A DNA stretch of 64,000 nucleotides from Candidatus Latescibacterota bacterium (GCA_965248755.1 OZ252149.1:3040001-3104000), one strand, 5' to 3'. Counted from the first letter of the stretch, positions 29,090 through 40,744 are shown. Made by a program: numbers and translations. The notes: a model not told the origin generated them from the sequence alone.

Positions 29090-29245
29090 GTGCCCAGAGA
29101 GACGAAATGTTGGGGCGATCCCCGATTAAGCCATTCGAGGACAGGCCCACGTGTTCGCTTAAACAGTAGAGGGGAATTTTTGTGTAATCCTATAGATTAC
29201 GCCCCCTGCAAATATGTACTGTCTACTTGCAGATAGGAGAAAGCT

Positions 29246-29896
29246 ATGAAATTCTTCATAGACACAGCTAATATAGATGAGATAAAACAGGCGGCCGCTT
29301 TGGGCATCTTGGACGGTGTTACTACGAATCCCTCGCTGATGTCCAAGGAGGAGGGCACATTCGAGGACATACTCCTTACCATCTGTGATATAGTGAACGG
29401 CCCTGTCAACGCAGAGGTGGTAAGTACAGACGCCGAGGGGATGATCGAAGAGGGCAGAAGGTTGGCAAAACTCCATCAGAAGATATGCGTCAAGGTTCCC
29501 ATAGGGGAAGAGGGACTAAAGGCCATAAAGAAGCTCTCTTCCGAAGGGATAGGTATCAATACAACGCTGATCTTCTCGGCGACTCAGGCACTAGTAGCTA
29601 TGAAAGCAGGGGCATCTTACGTGAGTCCATTTGTGGGGAGACTGGACGACATAGGTCATTCCGGGATGGAGCTTGTCGAGCAGTCTGTGGCGATTATAGA
29701 GAACTACGACTTTCCCTGTGAGGTATTAGTGGCGAGCATAAGGTCCTCCAAACACGTGGTAGAGGCAGCGCTGATGGGAGCACATATAGCCACACTGTCC
29801 CTTGATGTGATACGGAAGTTGACAAAGCACCCGCTTACGGACATAGGATTGAAAAGATTCTTGGACGACTGGAACAGCTGGAAGCAGAGGAGTTGA
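29246..29896 (+). CDS. tal: Transaldolase (short FSA-like type)
   Basis: [15 protein letters not shown] (Glu), VKVP, SPFVGR (Phe): transaldolase-type rather than FSA residues. Confidence 0.92.
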   Translation: MKFFIDTANIDEIKQAAALGILDGVTTNPSLMSKEEGTFEDILLTICDIVNGPVNAEVVSTDAEGMIEEGRRLAKLHQKICVKVPIGEEGLKAIKKLSSEGIGINTTLIFSATQALVAMKAGASYVSPFVGRLDDIGHSGMELVEQSVAIIENYDFPCEVLVASIRSSKHVVEAALMGAHIATLSLDVIRKLTKHPLTDIGLKRFLDDWNSWKQRS

Positions 29897-30069
29897 CAGG
29901 GACAAGGGTTCGAGTCGCTCTTATAGTAGGAGATTGGAGGCTATATTAGCGACTCATGAGCTTCTCAAATGTTGTCTACTGGAATAAAAATCCAGGTTTC
30001 TCAAGATTTCCTGATTGACCCGCAGCATAGCCGCTGAATGCAGACTATCCAAGTATATTGACCCTTAAT

Positions 30070-30324
30070 TAGGCCCGAATAATTCACACAAAAAGGCCGT
30101 GTATTAATTAAGAGATTGTATTATAATATAGTTATGACATTTAACCACCTTCGGTGTCATTGCGAGCCGAAGGCGAAGAAATCTCGATTCTGTTGTAGAT
30201 GTAATACTCTCCGGCTCTCATAGGAGACCACTATAAAAGCTTGAAGTTTCTTCCCCGATAGACTCAATCGGGGACCGCTTTGCTCCTCGCAATGACTCCA
30301 CCAAGTTTATGCTTAATCGGGTTA
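30070..30324 (-). mobile_element. MITE copy B
   Basis: CCCGAATAA..TTAATCGGG ends flanked by TTAGG on both sides. Confidence 0.9.
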
Positions 30325-30562
30325 GGTCTATCTTGATTTAAGACCAGGTTAGTCTTCTACCTGGGTAAACTAAATAGTATAATCGACGAAAGCAACTGGG
30401 AATTTGTTCCATAAACTCGGGACAGCATGACTGATCTGACGCTGGCTGGTCTGTTGTGCCGGTCTGAATATTTATAAAGATAAGAGACTCTTTTGAGGGG
30501 ATTCTTAATGCACAAGGCTATGTTGCTGGGAGGTGGCAGCAGATATATTAAGGGAGGGAATC

Positions 30563-30955
30563 ATGAATGTTAAACGTTTCATAATTTCTTCAATTGCTGT
30601 ATTTGTATTCGTGTTTTTGTTCGAGTGGCTAGCCCATGGTGTTATCTTAAAGGGTATTTATGACCAAACAGCGCAACTGTGGCGCCCGGAGGTAGAACAC
30701 AAAATGGTCTACCTGTTCCTGAGCCAGATATGCTTTTCTGTTATCGCGGTGTTTATCTTTACCCGCAACTATGAAGGAAAGGGGATTGGCGAAGGGCTCC
30801 GCTACGGTTTATATGTGGGATTGGTTCTGGGGTCAGTCCAATTGGCGACCTACAGCTTTATGCCCATACCTCTTGTGCTCATGCTGGGTTGGGTTGCGGC
30901 TGGAATGCTCAAAGGCCTGGGTTCCGGGGTAGTTTCCTCGCTTGTCTACAGATGA
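30563..30955 (+). CDS. Small 4-TM membrane protein (DUF1761-like)
   Basis: GGAGG RBS; HG..L...Y and EGLRYG motifs. Confidence 0.75.
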   Translation: MNVKRFIISSIAVFVFVFLFEWLAHGVILKGIYDQTAQLWRPEVEHKMVYLFLSQICFSVIAVFIFTRNYEGKGIGEGLRYGLYVGLVLGSVQLATYSFMPIPLVLMLGWVAAGMLKGLGSGVVSSLVYR

Positions 30956-31040
30956 AAAGAATTTATCAAACGCGATTCGCTGGACCTGATCTGACATAGT
31001 AAGCTCAGTGAATCATCGTCTGAACCTCCTTCACGGGCTT

Positions 31041-31226
31041 TCACCTCAACTTATACCGGTCGGCCTGCTTTTCGCCGCTGATAATGGCCGTTATAATATT
31101 TGCAGGGCTACACTGATTTCCGATGTCGTTATGGCTAATAACAGCAGGCTGAGTCTCTTTGATCTCTGAACCAATCGTGGGGTCGAGGTTCACAAAGTAC
31201 ACAACCCCACCTTGATGATAACCCAT
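31041..31226 (-). pseudogene. MazF/PemK toxin remnant
   Basis: VNLDPTIGSEIKETQPAVISHNDIGN, truncated. Confidence 0.75.
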
Positions 31227-31370
31227 AGATCTCTCGCCATCTTCTTCTCTGCTCTCTCATATAAAACCTCCGTGCCTTCAGCTTCCCTTTCGCCTACCAC
31301 CCCCAGAAACCTCTCTGCGCTATCTCGATAGCCAGCACTTAAACTGCACTTAACATTCCCCTTTTGCTTC

Positions 31371-31423
31371 CGTACTGCGTGCCGTACTGCGCAGCCGTAT
31401 TGCGCAGCCGTACTGCGTGCCGT
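31371..31423. repeat. 4 x 12-13-bp tandem repeat (CGTAYTGCG..GC)
   Basis: cgtactgcgtgc cgtactgcgcagc cgtattgcgcagc cgtactgcgtgc. Confidence 0.8.
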
Positions 31424-31629
31424 TTCGCCGCCTCGTCAGGGAATGTGCTACGGGACCTGCATCTCTCTTGCGGTCAGATATCGTCAGTCAGTCTGGTGGT
31501 TTTCTCCTGCAATTAGATATCCACCTGTCTTCTTTTATTACGATTCGCCATAGAGCTACCTTCTTTATTTATACACATAACTTATACACAGCATAATTTA
31601 CATTGCCAACAGTTTTAAGTTTCGAGGTG

Positions 31630-32310
31630 ATACAGCAGTTGACCGAGCACCTGCTCAAGGTGGTTTACATGGACATGTTCCACATCGGTGGGTTTACAAT
31701 CAGTTTGACGCGTTAAGCGTATTTATAGCCCAGAAGGGTCAAGAAAAAAGAACTGGCTGCCCTCGAACACACAGCCCTAAAGCTCTAACGTGCTTATCCA
31801 AGAAGCTTCTGGAGATGGACAATACAGCCAATCGACACGAATGCCAACAGCACCTGAAATCCGACATTACGCACTGGCTCTTCTTGACGATTCTGATTTT
31901 TGTTGACCTGACTGATAAAACTACTTAGATTTCTTTGGAAGTCTATACCAAAGTTGTGTCTTTGTCCTGCCGACTCAATTAGATTTATGCAGTCAGAGTA
32001 AGCACCTTATATTTTGTCTGAGTTCGCCGGACAGAATCTGGGAGGGCTAAGAAGATGCATACTTATCAGCACCTATACCCAGAGGAGTTCATGTGAGCAT
32101 GAGCCAGACATCTTCAAACGATAAAGAAACAGTGCAGAGACGGCGGTAGGGACAGGCCCCACAGCTTCGATTGGAAACACATCGGCATCAGACATTTTAG
32201 AGAATTACCTATGGAAAGGCGGCCTGACACTTGCCTTGAGCTGATGCAAATAATGTCTTGACAACTCAGAAGAAATCCATTGTAGCCAACAGCAGATACT
32301 AAGGGCTGAC
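31630..32310 (+). pseudogene. Possible highly degraded transposase remnant
   Basis: Only fragmentary DDE-like motifs across frames; no intact ORF. Confidence 0.25.
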
Positions 32311-32367
32311 AATACAGCCACAAACAGAAAGATATAGTCTTTCTGCCCTTTGGAGGTTGTATTCATA

Positions 32368-33771
32368 ATGAGCAAGAAAAAGATACTCATCGTTGACGAC
32401 GACCCTAATATAGTCTTCGCCTTTAAAAAGATGTTTGAAAAGGAGGGCTATCGAACCATCTCGGAAGGGGACGGTGTTGGAGGGCTGGAGGCTATACAGA
32501 AAGAAGAGCCGGACCTTGCGTTCATGGACGTGTCTATGCCGAAGATGGACGGCTTAGAGGTACTGGAGAAGATCAAGAAGATGGGGTTGGACATCCCGGT
32601 GGTAATCATCACGGGCTTCGGAACGATGCAAACGGCGATAAGGGCTGTGCAACTCGGAGCTTACGAGTATATCACCAAGCCTCTGGATGTGGATAAGGTC
32701 AGGATCACCGCGCGGCGAGCTTTGGAAGCCCAACGTATGAGAGAGGAGATCAAAGACCTTCGCGCCAAGCTTGATTCATATTACTCTGAAGATACCTTGA
32801 TCGGCAACGATCCGGGCATGGAGGAGGTTTACAAGACCATAGGCGCTGTAACCGCGACGCCAAATGCCACGACCGTTTTGATTCAGGGGGAAAGCGGCAC
32901 TGGAAAGGAATTGGTGGCTAGGGCGATCCATAACAATAGCGAGTCGTCTTCGGGACCTTTCGCGGCGATTAAGTGCACAGCTTTGCCCAGCGAACTTCTG
33001 GAAAGCGAGCTGTTTGGATATGAGACAGGGGCGTTCACAGGAGCGACAGCCAGGAAAGCGGGGAAGTTTGAAGTAGCAAAGGACGGGACGATATTCCTGG
33101 ATGAAATAGCCGGTTTTTCCTTAAACCTGCAGCAGAAACTCCTTCGGGTCCTCCAAGAAAGAGAGTTTCAAAGACTCGGAGGCAATCAGACTCTCAAAGT
33201 CGATGCCCGCTTTATTGTGGCGACCAATAAGGATTTGGAAAGCGAGGTGAAAAAGGGTAATTTCCGGGAAGACCTTTATTTTCGACTCAACGTGATACCG
33301 ATTTATCTTCCCCCTTTAAGGGAAAGGCGGGATGACATCACACTTCTAGCCGACTATTTTCTGACCAAATATAACCGCAGCTTAAGGAAGAACATTAAGC
33401 TCATGTCCGATGAAACCTTGGAGATTCTCCTTGGCTATGATTGGCCTGGCAATGTGCGAGAACTGGAAAATGTCATTCAAAGGTGTGTCGTTATAGAAAA
33501 GGGGGAGGTGATCCTACCCAGATCTCTCCCTGAAAGGGTCAGATCGGAGGACAGATCGGTTGAAATGGACATTCCCTTGGTGAGCACCAATTTGAAGGGG
33601 GCAAGAAAAAACGTCCTTGAAGCCTTTGAAAAGAAATTCGTTCGTGAGGCCCTAACAGCTACAGCAGGCAATGTCACCGAAGCAGCTAAAAGGGCAGGTA
33701 TTGAGCGTCAAAGTTTCCACAGGATGATAAGCAAGTACAGTATCTCACCTGAGGACTTCCGAAAAGGTTGA
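32368..33771 (+). CDS. Sigma-54-dependent response regulator (NtrC family)
   Basis: Receiver DD/D/K, GESGTGKE, GAFTGA, WPGNVRELEN, C-terminal HTH. Confidence 0.96.
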   Translation: MSKKKILIVDDDPNIVFAFKKMFEKEGYRTISEGDGVGGLEAIQKEEPDLAFMDVSMPKMDGLEVLEKIKKMGLDIPVVIITGFGTMQTAIRAVQLGAYEYITKPLDVDKVRITARRALEAQRMREEIKDLRAKLDSYYSEDTLIGNDPGMEEVYKTIGAVTATPNATTVLIQGESGTGKELVARAIHNNSESSSGPFAAIKCTALPSELLESELFGYETGAFTGATARKAGKFEVAKDGTIFLDEIAGFSLNLQQKLLRVLQEREFQRLGGNQTLKVDARFIVATNKDLESEVKKGNFREDLYFRLNVIPIYLPPLRERRDDITLLADYFLTKYNRSLRKNIKLMSDETLEILLGYDWPGNVRELENVIQRCVVIEKGEVILPRSLPERVRSEDRSVEMDIPLVSTNLKGARKNVLEAFEKKFVREALTATAGNVTEAAKRAGIERQSFHRMISKYSISPEDFRKG

Positions 33772-33840
33772 CCCCCGATAGATACAATCGGGGGCGACTC
33801 CTTAAAGAGATGTCACGTAAGACGTTACAGTATGTCACGT
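33631..33840 (+). repeat. ~210-bp segment duplicated (diverged) at 34912-35122
   Basis: 3' end of the regulator plus downstream DNA recurs as a direct repeat. Confidence 0.9.
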
Positions 33841-33949
33841 TGAGTGTAAATATGAGATCTCCCGAAACAGAAGAATAGCTTACACATAATAATATAAGAT
33901 AACACCTTTTTTATAAGCTACTTAACTTAAGACTTGATCTGGTTAAGCG

Positions 33950-34911
33950 GCTTATTTGTTGGTAAGAATACAACATCATACACCTCGATATCTTGCGAAG
34001 AAGTGAGTATTACTGCATATTACGATATGCGAACATGCAGCTGCTGCAGGTGTATCGAATTTTGGAAATTATCGGATGGTAGGCATCGTTGTCATGGCTG
34101 TCGTAGAGACTATCATGTCCGAACCAAAAGCTACTGGTGCAGGAGCAAAATCTCTCCCTATTGGAAGGGAAGGTTGCTTGAGTCTTTTTGTCTTGCGGTC
34201 CCGGCTTACCCCCGATTGACTGATCCCCGATAGATTCAATCCGGGAGGGTCGGGGATGGAATGTGTCAGACAGATGGGAATGTATCGACTTTTCCTGTCC
34301 CGTCTCGAAGTAGACAAGTAATCGTTCCCCTCATTACGCAAGATACTAAGCCGGGTAGTCTCTACTATACGGATGATTGGCATGCTTACGATTCTGTATC
34401 TATCCGTGGTAACCAGGTTCTGGTCGAGATAGAGAAAGGACATACCAATAGTAGAGACCATCTAACCCGATTAAGCATAAACTTGGTGGAGTCATTGCGA
34501 CGAGCAAAGCGGTCCCCGATCGAGTCTATCGGGGAAGCAATCTCAAGGTTTCATAGTGGTCTCCTATGAGAGCCGGCGAGTATTACATGTACTATAGTAA
34601 CCCCCGATTAAATCTATCGGGGGGATTTATTCGCCTTCGGCTCGCAATGACACCGAAGGTGCTTAAACAACATAACTATAATATAATACAATCTCTTAAT
34701 TAATACGCTGACCTTTCTTGTGAATTATTAGGCCAAAGTAGAATGGAACGTTGTTGGTCATACGCTAAGCACTTTCTATATCCTTATCAACGTGCAGACA
34801 AGCAATATGTCCATCTCTACTTGAAGGAGAAAGAATGGAGATTCAACCATCAAGATCAGGACATAGTAGACATGGTCAGACACATTATGAATCTACCCTT
34901 TCGAGGTGTAT
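33950..34911 (+). pseudogene. IS1595-family transposase remnant containing MITE copy C
   Basis: CxxC..CxxC zinc finger, YTDDWHAY, then WSYAKH..YLKE.EWRFNH after the MITE. Confidence 0.8.
34463..34736 (+). mobile_element. MITE copy C
   Basis: Same family as copies A, B, D and E; carries two CCCCGAT palindromes. Confidence 0.9.
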
Positions 34912-35122
34912 AAGAAATTCGTTCGTGAGGTCATAAGGGCTACAGCAGGCGACGTTACCGAAGCACCTAATGAGGGTACGTATTGAACGTCAAAGTTTCC
35001 ACAGCATGATAAGCAGGTACAGCATCTCGCCTGAGGATTTCCGCAAAGGTTGACCCCCGATAGATGCAATCGGGGGCGACTCCATTAAGAGATGTCACGT
35101 AGGACGTTACAGTGTGTCACGT
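34912..35122 (+). repeat. Second, degenerate copy of 33631-33840
   Basis: Alignable throughout, with many substitutions. Confidence 0.9.
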
Positions 35123-35169
35123 AGAAGGCGACACTCAAATGCTTGATCTGTCAGAACAGAACGTAATGC

Positions 35170-35805
35170 CACAACATTATACCCTTTGAGAGTGGCGACC
35201 ATAAGGTGTCTGGCTATCTCTCTTAGGCCCTGGCATTTATGGTTGAATCTCCATTCTGTTTCCTTCAGGTAGAGGCGGAAATATTGCTTGGGTACACCTT
35301 CATAAGGACATAGAAAGTGCTTAGGGTATAAGAAAACTCCTTCGATTCCATTTAGATGGCCCCTACTATTGAGATGTCGTTTGTCTTGGTTGTCCACAAC
35401 GTCCACCAAACATGGTCTGATCCATCGCTATCTGTCCAGAAAGGGGATTTAGTTCTTCAACGGAGTCCTGATAGATAGCAAGGCGTACTATGCGGTAGAA
35501 ACGTTCAATAGTATGTAAGTGTGTTGGGATTCGGAACTTTATTGAGTAAGCAGAAACCGCAAGACACTCGAACTCAAGGAGCCTTTCCTTACAGTAAGGA
35601 GAAATCTTGCTCGTGCAGCAGCAGGTATTGGTTCGAAAATGGTAGTACCTACGACACCCTTGACAACGATATTTAGCGCCTGATGATTTCCAAAATCTGG
35701 TGCACTTGCAGCAGCTACATTTTCGCATATCGTAATACGTAGCAATACCGGCTTCTTCGCATGATATTAAGATGTGTGATGTTGTAGTATTACCTAATTT
35801 AAACG
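35170..35805 (-). pseudogene. Second IS1595-family transposase remnant (inverted)
   Basis: Zinc finger, MDQTMFGG, HLNGIEG, YLKETEWRFNH; frameshifted with an internal deletion. Confidence 0.8.
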
Positions 35806-36694
35806 CCCAAAGGAATATGTTCGAAATTCCCAAATCTAAACCTTACGAGGAAAAAAAGGAGCTTTAGTAAAACGGTACTAACATAAGTGGATTATGCGGG
35901 CCGCAGGTGAGGCAGATGTTAAATCTCTTGAAGCAGGATGGAGAGGTTCAGTCTGTTATTCTCAATCGGCAGAACTCTGATGAGCGTCTCAGGAGTCATC
36001 ACAGAGAACAAGCTGCGGCCTCTGGCGAAGATTGCTGGTAGAGAGGTTAGAGGAAGAAGTTCTGTAGAGATCACTAGGTGTTGAGTAGATTAAGATACAG
36101 TCGTGACTCCTGAGTTATTATAGGGAAGTGGTATATGCTGCCACCAATCTCTCTTCAAAATTGTTCTGCCAAAATTCTACCTTCTTCAGAGCTCGGCGCC
36201 ATGTGATGTTTACACTACACTTTTTCATTGACATTCAGCATCTAATTTTATATTTTATCAGCTAATTGCCCGGTATTTAGTCTCTGTGTTCTTCCTTTCA
36301 GATCCGAAGAGGTTGAATTGCAATGATCCGGATATTCAAAGCGTATCCTGTGTGCTTTTTGCTCATCTTATCCCGCTCAGACTTCGGCGTCTGGCAGTCT
36401 GAATTAAATAGTCGGCTTCTGTAGACTGTATAACCCAGCTCGCTGAGATTGTACCAGACGATAGAATATGGAAACTCAAAGATTTGGACTCCGTAACGGT
36501 GAGGGGCTCAGAAGGTCTATACAGAAAAAAGAGTCTGCCCTGGGAAGTTTACGCAGACTGTATAATCATAGATTGTGTCATATGGCGCGCGGGCCTGATC
36601 CAGGTTGCGACTTCTGCTATCGGGGCCGTTATATAGCACCATCCATAGGTCGTGATATCAAGCTGATCTAGTGAGTTTTTAAGGAAGATGAAAG

Positions 36695-37681
36695 ATGCGC
36701 ATTCAAGGATTTGATATATCCAAACTTCCTCCTGCTGAAAAGACAACCGGCTGGCTGGAGGTCGCCCCTCGAGCAGACGGCAGCGCCTGGCGATTGCCCT
36801 TGCTCTATGTGACCGGCGTCACAAGCGGCCCGATACTCGTCGTCACTGCCGCTGTACATGGGAATGAATATGAGGGGGTTGAAGCGATACCCCGCATCTT
36901 TGAACAGGTGCAGCCCGACCTTTTGCACGGCACCCTGGTGATGATCGCCGCCTGCAACATGCCTGCCTACGAGGCCGGCATTCGCAACAGCTCAATAGAC
37001 GGACTCAATCTGGCTCGCGTCTTTCCCGGAGATGCTGAGGGCACGATCACGCAGCGCATCGCCTACTGGATGGCTCACAAGCTCATCAAACCGGCCGACT
37101 TCTTTATCGATCTTCACAGCGGCGGCGTTGAATCCAACATCCCCACCCTGATCGGCTATCTGCACAGCGACGATGCCTTGGGGAAAAAATCGCAAGCTGC
37201 GGCCAAGGCCTTTGGCGCTCCGGTATTGTGGGGACACCCACCGCCCGTGCCACCGGGGCGCAGCATCAGCGCCGCCACTGAGTTTGGCGTTCCCTGGCTT
37301 TATACCGAAACCCCGGGTGGGGGTCGGGCCACGCCGGATGACGTGGCTTGTTATATCGAGGGGGTCTTCAACGTCATGAAGCATTTGGGTATGGTGCCGG
37401 GTGAGCCGCAGCCCCGACCAATGATCCATCACCTGGTAGGGGACGGCAATCTGGATGTGGTGATCTCTTCCCCGGCGGCGGGTTTCTTCCAGCCTGACGT
37501 CGCCCTTCTGGATGAGGTCGGGGTCGGTCAACGCCTGGGGACTGTTCAAGATTTCTTCGGCCAGGTTACAGCTGAGGTCACTGCCGACAGGGATGGGGTG
37601 GTGATATTTCTACGCCGACTTCCTCGAGTTAATGTTGGCGATAGGTTGGTACAGGTGACGGGACAACACGTAAAAAGGTGA
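36695..37681 (+). CDS. Succinylglutamate desuccinylase/aspartoacylase (M14) family
   Basis: HGNE, NLARVFPG, IDLHSG, E-GG motifs. Confidence 0.9.
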   Translation: MRIQGFDISKLPPAEKTTGWLEVAPRADGSAWRLPLLYVTGVTSGPILVVTAAVHGNEYEGVEAIPRIFEQVQPDLLHGTLVMIAACNMPAYEAGIRNSSIDGLNLARVFPGDAEGTITQRIAYWMAHKLIKPADFFIDLHSGGVESNIPTLIGYLHSDDALGKKSQAAAKAFGAPVLWGHPPPVPPGRSISAATEFGVPWLYTETPGGGRATPDDVACYIEGVFNVMKHLGMVPGEPQPRPMIHHLVGDGNLDVVISSPAAGFFQPDVALLDEVGVGQRLGTVQDFFGQVTAEVTADRDGVVIFLRRLPRVNVGDRLVQVTGQHVKR

Positions 37682-37965
37682 GGCGTATTCTGTCCTGATA
37701 GGAATTTTGATATCACGGTTCCAGCGCTCACAAGCGTGATTTCGCTTAATGCCGATAACGTCGTTGCTTGGTTGATCCCCGGGGATTTGACGACACGATC
37801 TTCGACATGGCCCACGAAGCGTTCGGAGGCAAGCGCTAAGACGACCAGAGAGATGGCCAACAGGGCGTCTAGATATCGTGGTTTGGCGTCGTCAGCCTTT
37901 GGCTTGAAAGACCCTCCGCAATCATCAGTACATCAACAGTCGCAAGCCCATTTCAAGGCCGCGTA

Positions 37966-38095
37966 GCTTAACCGCGTGCTGCCCCTGAGCTACCGCGGCA
38001 GACCGCGGCGCGATCAGAACCTTTGTGGTCGTCTGTAATAGTTCGTGTAAGCCAGCCCCGATGGGACAGGCAGGAGGAGCACTGATCCGTTAGGC
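37966..38095 (+). other. attC-like site
   Basis: R'' GCTTAAC, L boxes GTGCTGCCCCTG / CAGGAGGAGCAC, R' GTTAGGC, then RBS and ATG 22 bp later. Confidence 0.7.
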
Positions 38096-38116
38096 TGCGT
38101 GAGAGAGGAGTCTGCT

Positions 38117-39256
38117 ATGTCCCAGTTGCGCATTACCGATAGTGGTATTATCTACATTAATCCAGATCCGGCGCACTACCACGTTTCGGCTTTCTTCCCG
38201 AACGTGGTACAGCTCTCCGAGTCGGAATTCATCTGTGTCTATCAGCGGGGGGACGGGATGTACGCGGCCAATAGCAACGTCGCTCTCCTGCGCTCTCTCG
38301 ACGGCGGGGTATCGTGGACGGACGAAGGGGATCTTCACGACAAGTCACAGGACGATAGGCCCTACTCGTACCATGGCACGCATGTGTCCCGCATGTGCGA
38401 CGGCTCACTCGTCGTCTGTCCGTTTCGGGCTGACCGCTCGAATCCGGATCAGCCATTCTTCAGTGAGATGGGTGGGTTGATCGCGAACGACCCGGTTCTG
38501 TTGATCTCGCAAGATGACGGCCTTACGTGGACGGGACCGTCTGTCGTGTCGCTTCCTCCAGATCTAGTTGCCACCCCGGCGCAGTCGGTCATTGAACTCA
38601 GCAATGGCAGTTGGCTTGCTACCTTTGACAGATGGCCTGCGTTCGGCGATTCAGGCCCGTACAAGCCACGCATGCTCTGCTTGTTCTCCGATGACCGAGG
38701 GCAGAGCTGGAAAGACATGGTGGTGATGGCAGACGGCGCTGAGGAAGGGAAAGGTTTTTGGCACGGACGGGCTGTCCGGCTGGCCAACGGCCGCCTGTTC
38801 TCGCTCTTGTGGTCGGCCGACATGACCGACCCGGATCGGGGCCCAATCGACCTACCGATCCACTATACCTTTGCGGATCCGACCGGTCACGTATGGCAAA
38901 CGCCCCAACCGACAACACTGCCGGGCCAGACGAATTGCACAGCGGAACTGCCGGACGGGCGATTGGCGGCGATCTATACGTGGCGTGAGAGCGACTGTCC
39001 CGGTTTCATGGTCGCACTCTCCAAGGATGGTGGGCAGACCTGGGATTTGGAGCATCAGATTCGGGTATGGGACGCCACAGGGTGGACGGAAATCGGCCTG
39101 AGCAGTCCGGATCGCTATCCCCGTAGTCACGACACCATCGCCTTTGGAGCGCCGTCGCTGATCACAACTATAAGCGGGGAACTGTTTGCCAGTTGGTGGT
39201 GCACCTACGCCAGCCTGACGCATATGCGGTGGGCGAAGATAAGTGCCCAAGCGTGA
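38117..39256 (+). CDS. Sialidase/BNR Asp-box beta-propeller protein
   Basis: Four Asp-boxes: SLDGGVSW, SQDDGLTW, SDDRGQSW, SKDGGQTW. Confidence 0.85.
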   Translation: MSQLRITDSGIIYINPDPAHYHVSAFFPNVVQLSESEFICVYQRGDGMYAANSNVALLRSLDGGVSWTDEGDLHDKSQDDRPYSYHGTHVSRMCDGSLVVCPFRADRSNPDQPFFSEMGGLIANDPVLLISQDDGLTWTGPSVVSLPPDLVATPAQSVIELSNGSWLATFDRWPAFGDSGPYKPRMLCLFSDDRGQSWKDMVVMADGAEEGKGFWHGRAVRLANGRLFSLLWSADMTDPDRGPIDLPIHYTFADPTGHVWQTPQPTTLPGQTNCTAELPDGRLAAIYTWRESDCPGFMVALSKDGGQTWDLEHQIRVWDATGWTEIGLSSPDRYPRSHDTIAFGAPSLITTISGELFASWWCTYASLTHMRWAKISAQA

Positions 39257-39272
39257 GGGGAAAGAAGGCATT

Positions 39273-39328
39273 GTCCAACTATGTGCTGCACCAGAAGGTC
39301 GGTTTGCGCCGTCTGATGAGCGAGGGGC
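39273..39328 (+). other. Degenerate attC-like site lacking R'
   Basis: GTCCAAC-N5-GCTGCACCAGA..TCTGATGAGC, 16 bp after the stop codon. Confidence 0.55.
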
Positions 39329-39489
39329 AAACAGCTAAGAGGCGAGATTGCGTCCCCGATTGACTTTATGGGGGATTGCTTCGGGGTGAAGCCCCTCTTG
39401 ACCAAGAGGGAAGAACCCCCTTGCTCGGAGCTGCTGCTCTGTGTAGCCGCGCCCTTTGAGGTAGTCTAAGCTTGTAAATGACCAAAGAT

Positions 39490-39522
39490 AAAGCCCGCCA
39501 TTGATGTCTGACGGGCTTTTTT
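39490..39522 (+). terminator. Rho-independent terminator
   Basis: AAAGCCCGCCA-loop-TGACGGGC followed by a T-tract. Confidence 0.65.
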
Positions 39523-39536
39523 GCTTTACAAAGCAA

Positions 39537-39607
39537 CGAAGGCATTTGGGTGGAAGAAGCGAACCGAAAAACACGCTTTATACGCCGTCGCCCCTCTATC
39601 ACTTGAA
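39537..39607. repeat. 71-bp repeat, copy 1
   Basis: 66/71 identical to 40745-40815 (hand count). Confidence 0.9.
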
Positions 39608-39668
39608 TTGGACGCAGAACGACACGTCCACTCTGAAGCGTGATGCTGTGCTCCTTCAACTTCTCCAT
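39608..39668 (-). pseudogene. GNAT/RimJ-like N-terminal fragment
   Basis: MEKLKEHSITLQSGRVVLRP, cut at the 71-bp repeat. Confidence 0.45.
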
Positions 39669-39732
39669 AGATATGCACCTCTTTTTGCCAGACTTCGACT
39701 AAAGGTGCTGACCTGGATAACTCTACCCAAAC

Positions 39733-40656
39733 TCAGGAGTTTGATTTACCCATTCCAATGACTTCGTAAAGGGTGTGTTCGCCGCTTTTTCCCCTTAGCG
39801 TGATGGGGAAGCTTCTGTTCACCCGCACGTGTTTTTTCACCTGGATGTAAGTGGCTTCAGAGATAAGGAACTTTGCGCCCACTTCTTTATTCACGTCCTC
39901 AATACGGCTAGCGATGTTAACTGAATCGCCGACGGCCATCACCTGCTCCATATTGGAGCAACCAACGGTACCCACCACAACTTCTCCGTAATGCACCCCG
40001 ATAACGATCTGGAATCTTGTTTCATAGGTAGCCTCCAGATAGGAATTGAGCTGTTCCACTTCCACAAACATCTCGAGACCTGCTTCGACAGATCGTAACG
40101 CTGCTCCGGCGGGCTCCTCAAGCCCAAACAGAGCCATCAGCCCATCTCCCCTGTAGTCTCCGATGTAACCGCCGTGGCGACTTATCACCTGACCCATTCG
40201 AAGGAAATATTTGTTCATCATATGGATGACATCGTATGGAGGTAGGGCTTCAGCAAAAGCGGTGGACCCACGGATATCTGCAAATAGGATGGCAACCTGT
40301 TTCTCTTCGCCTATATACCCGGGTGTCGCATTCGCTCCTAATTGGCTCGTCAGATCTGCATCCTCTTCATCTAGCACCAGTCGTCGCAGTTTCACGTTGC
40401 CGGTAACTGTGGTCTGGCAAGCCAGCCGAATTGTCGGACCCAAGCGCAATCCCTCAGAAAGAGCTTGCTCTTTAGCAGTTCGGGGAGAACAGAATTCGAG
40501 GCCCTCCAGAATCATCACACGACATGTGGAGCACCGGGCTTTCCCACCGCAGGCATGCGTATGAGGAATATCAACTTGCAATGATGTCTGGAGAATGGTT
40601 GTCTCTGTATCTGTCTCTACTTCCCTCTCATCGGACAGATAATAAATGTGCGGCAT
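39733..40656 (-). CDS. Class III nucleotide cyclase with N-terminal 2Fe-2S ferredoxin domain
   Basis: CGGKARCSTC..RLAC; FADIRG, GDG, GDSVNIASR. Confidence 0.9.
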   Translation of the reverse strand: MPHIYYLSDEREVETDTETTILQTSLQVDIPHTHACGGKARCSTCRVMILEGLEFCSPRTAKEQALSEGLRLGPTIRLACQTTVTGNVKLRRLVLDEEDADLTSQLGANATPGYIGEEKQVAILFADIRGSTAFAEALPPYDVIHMMNKYFLRMGQVISRHGGYIGDYRGDGLMALFGLEEPAGAALRSVEAGLEMFVEVEQLNSYLEATYETRFQIVIGVHYGEVVVGTVGCSNMEQVMAVGDSVNIASRIEDVNKEVGAKFLISEATYIQVKKHVRVNRSFPITLRGKSGEHTLYEVIGMGKSNS

Positions 40657-40744
40657 ATCCAGCTCCCATAGTATACAAAGGTGATTTAGATTGTCTCACC
40701 TGGCAGGCACTTTCAGCCAACTCCTCGGCATAGCTGAAGTTCGC

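Noticed and set aside
36228..36254. TTGACA..TATATT promoter
   Set aside because: Spacer is only 15 bp and no clear gene lies directly downstream
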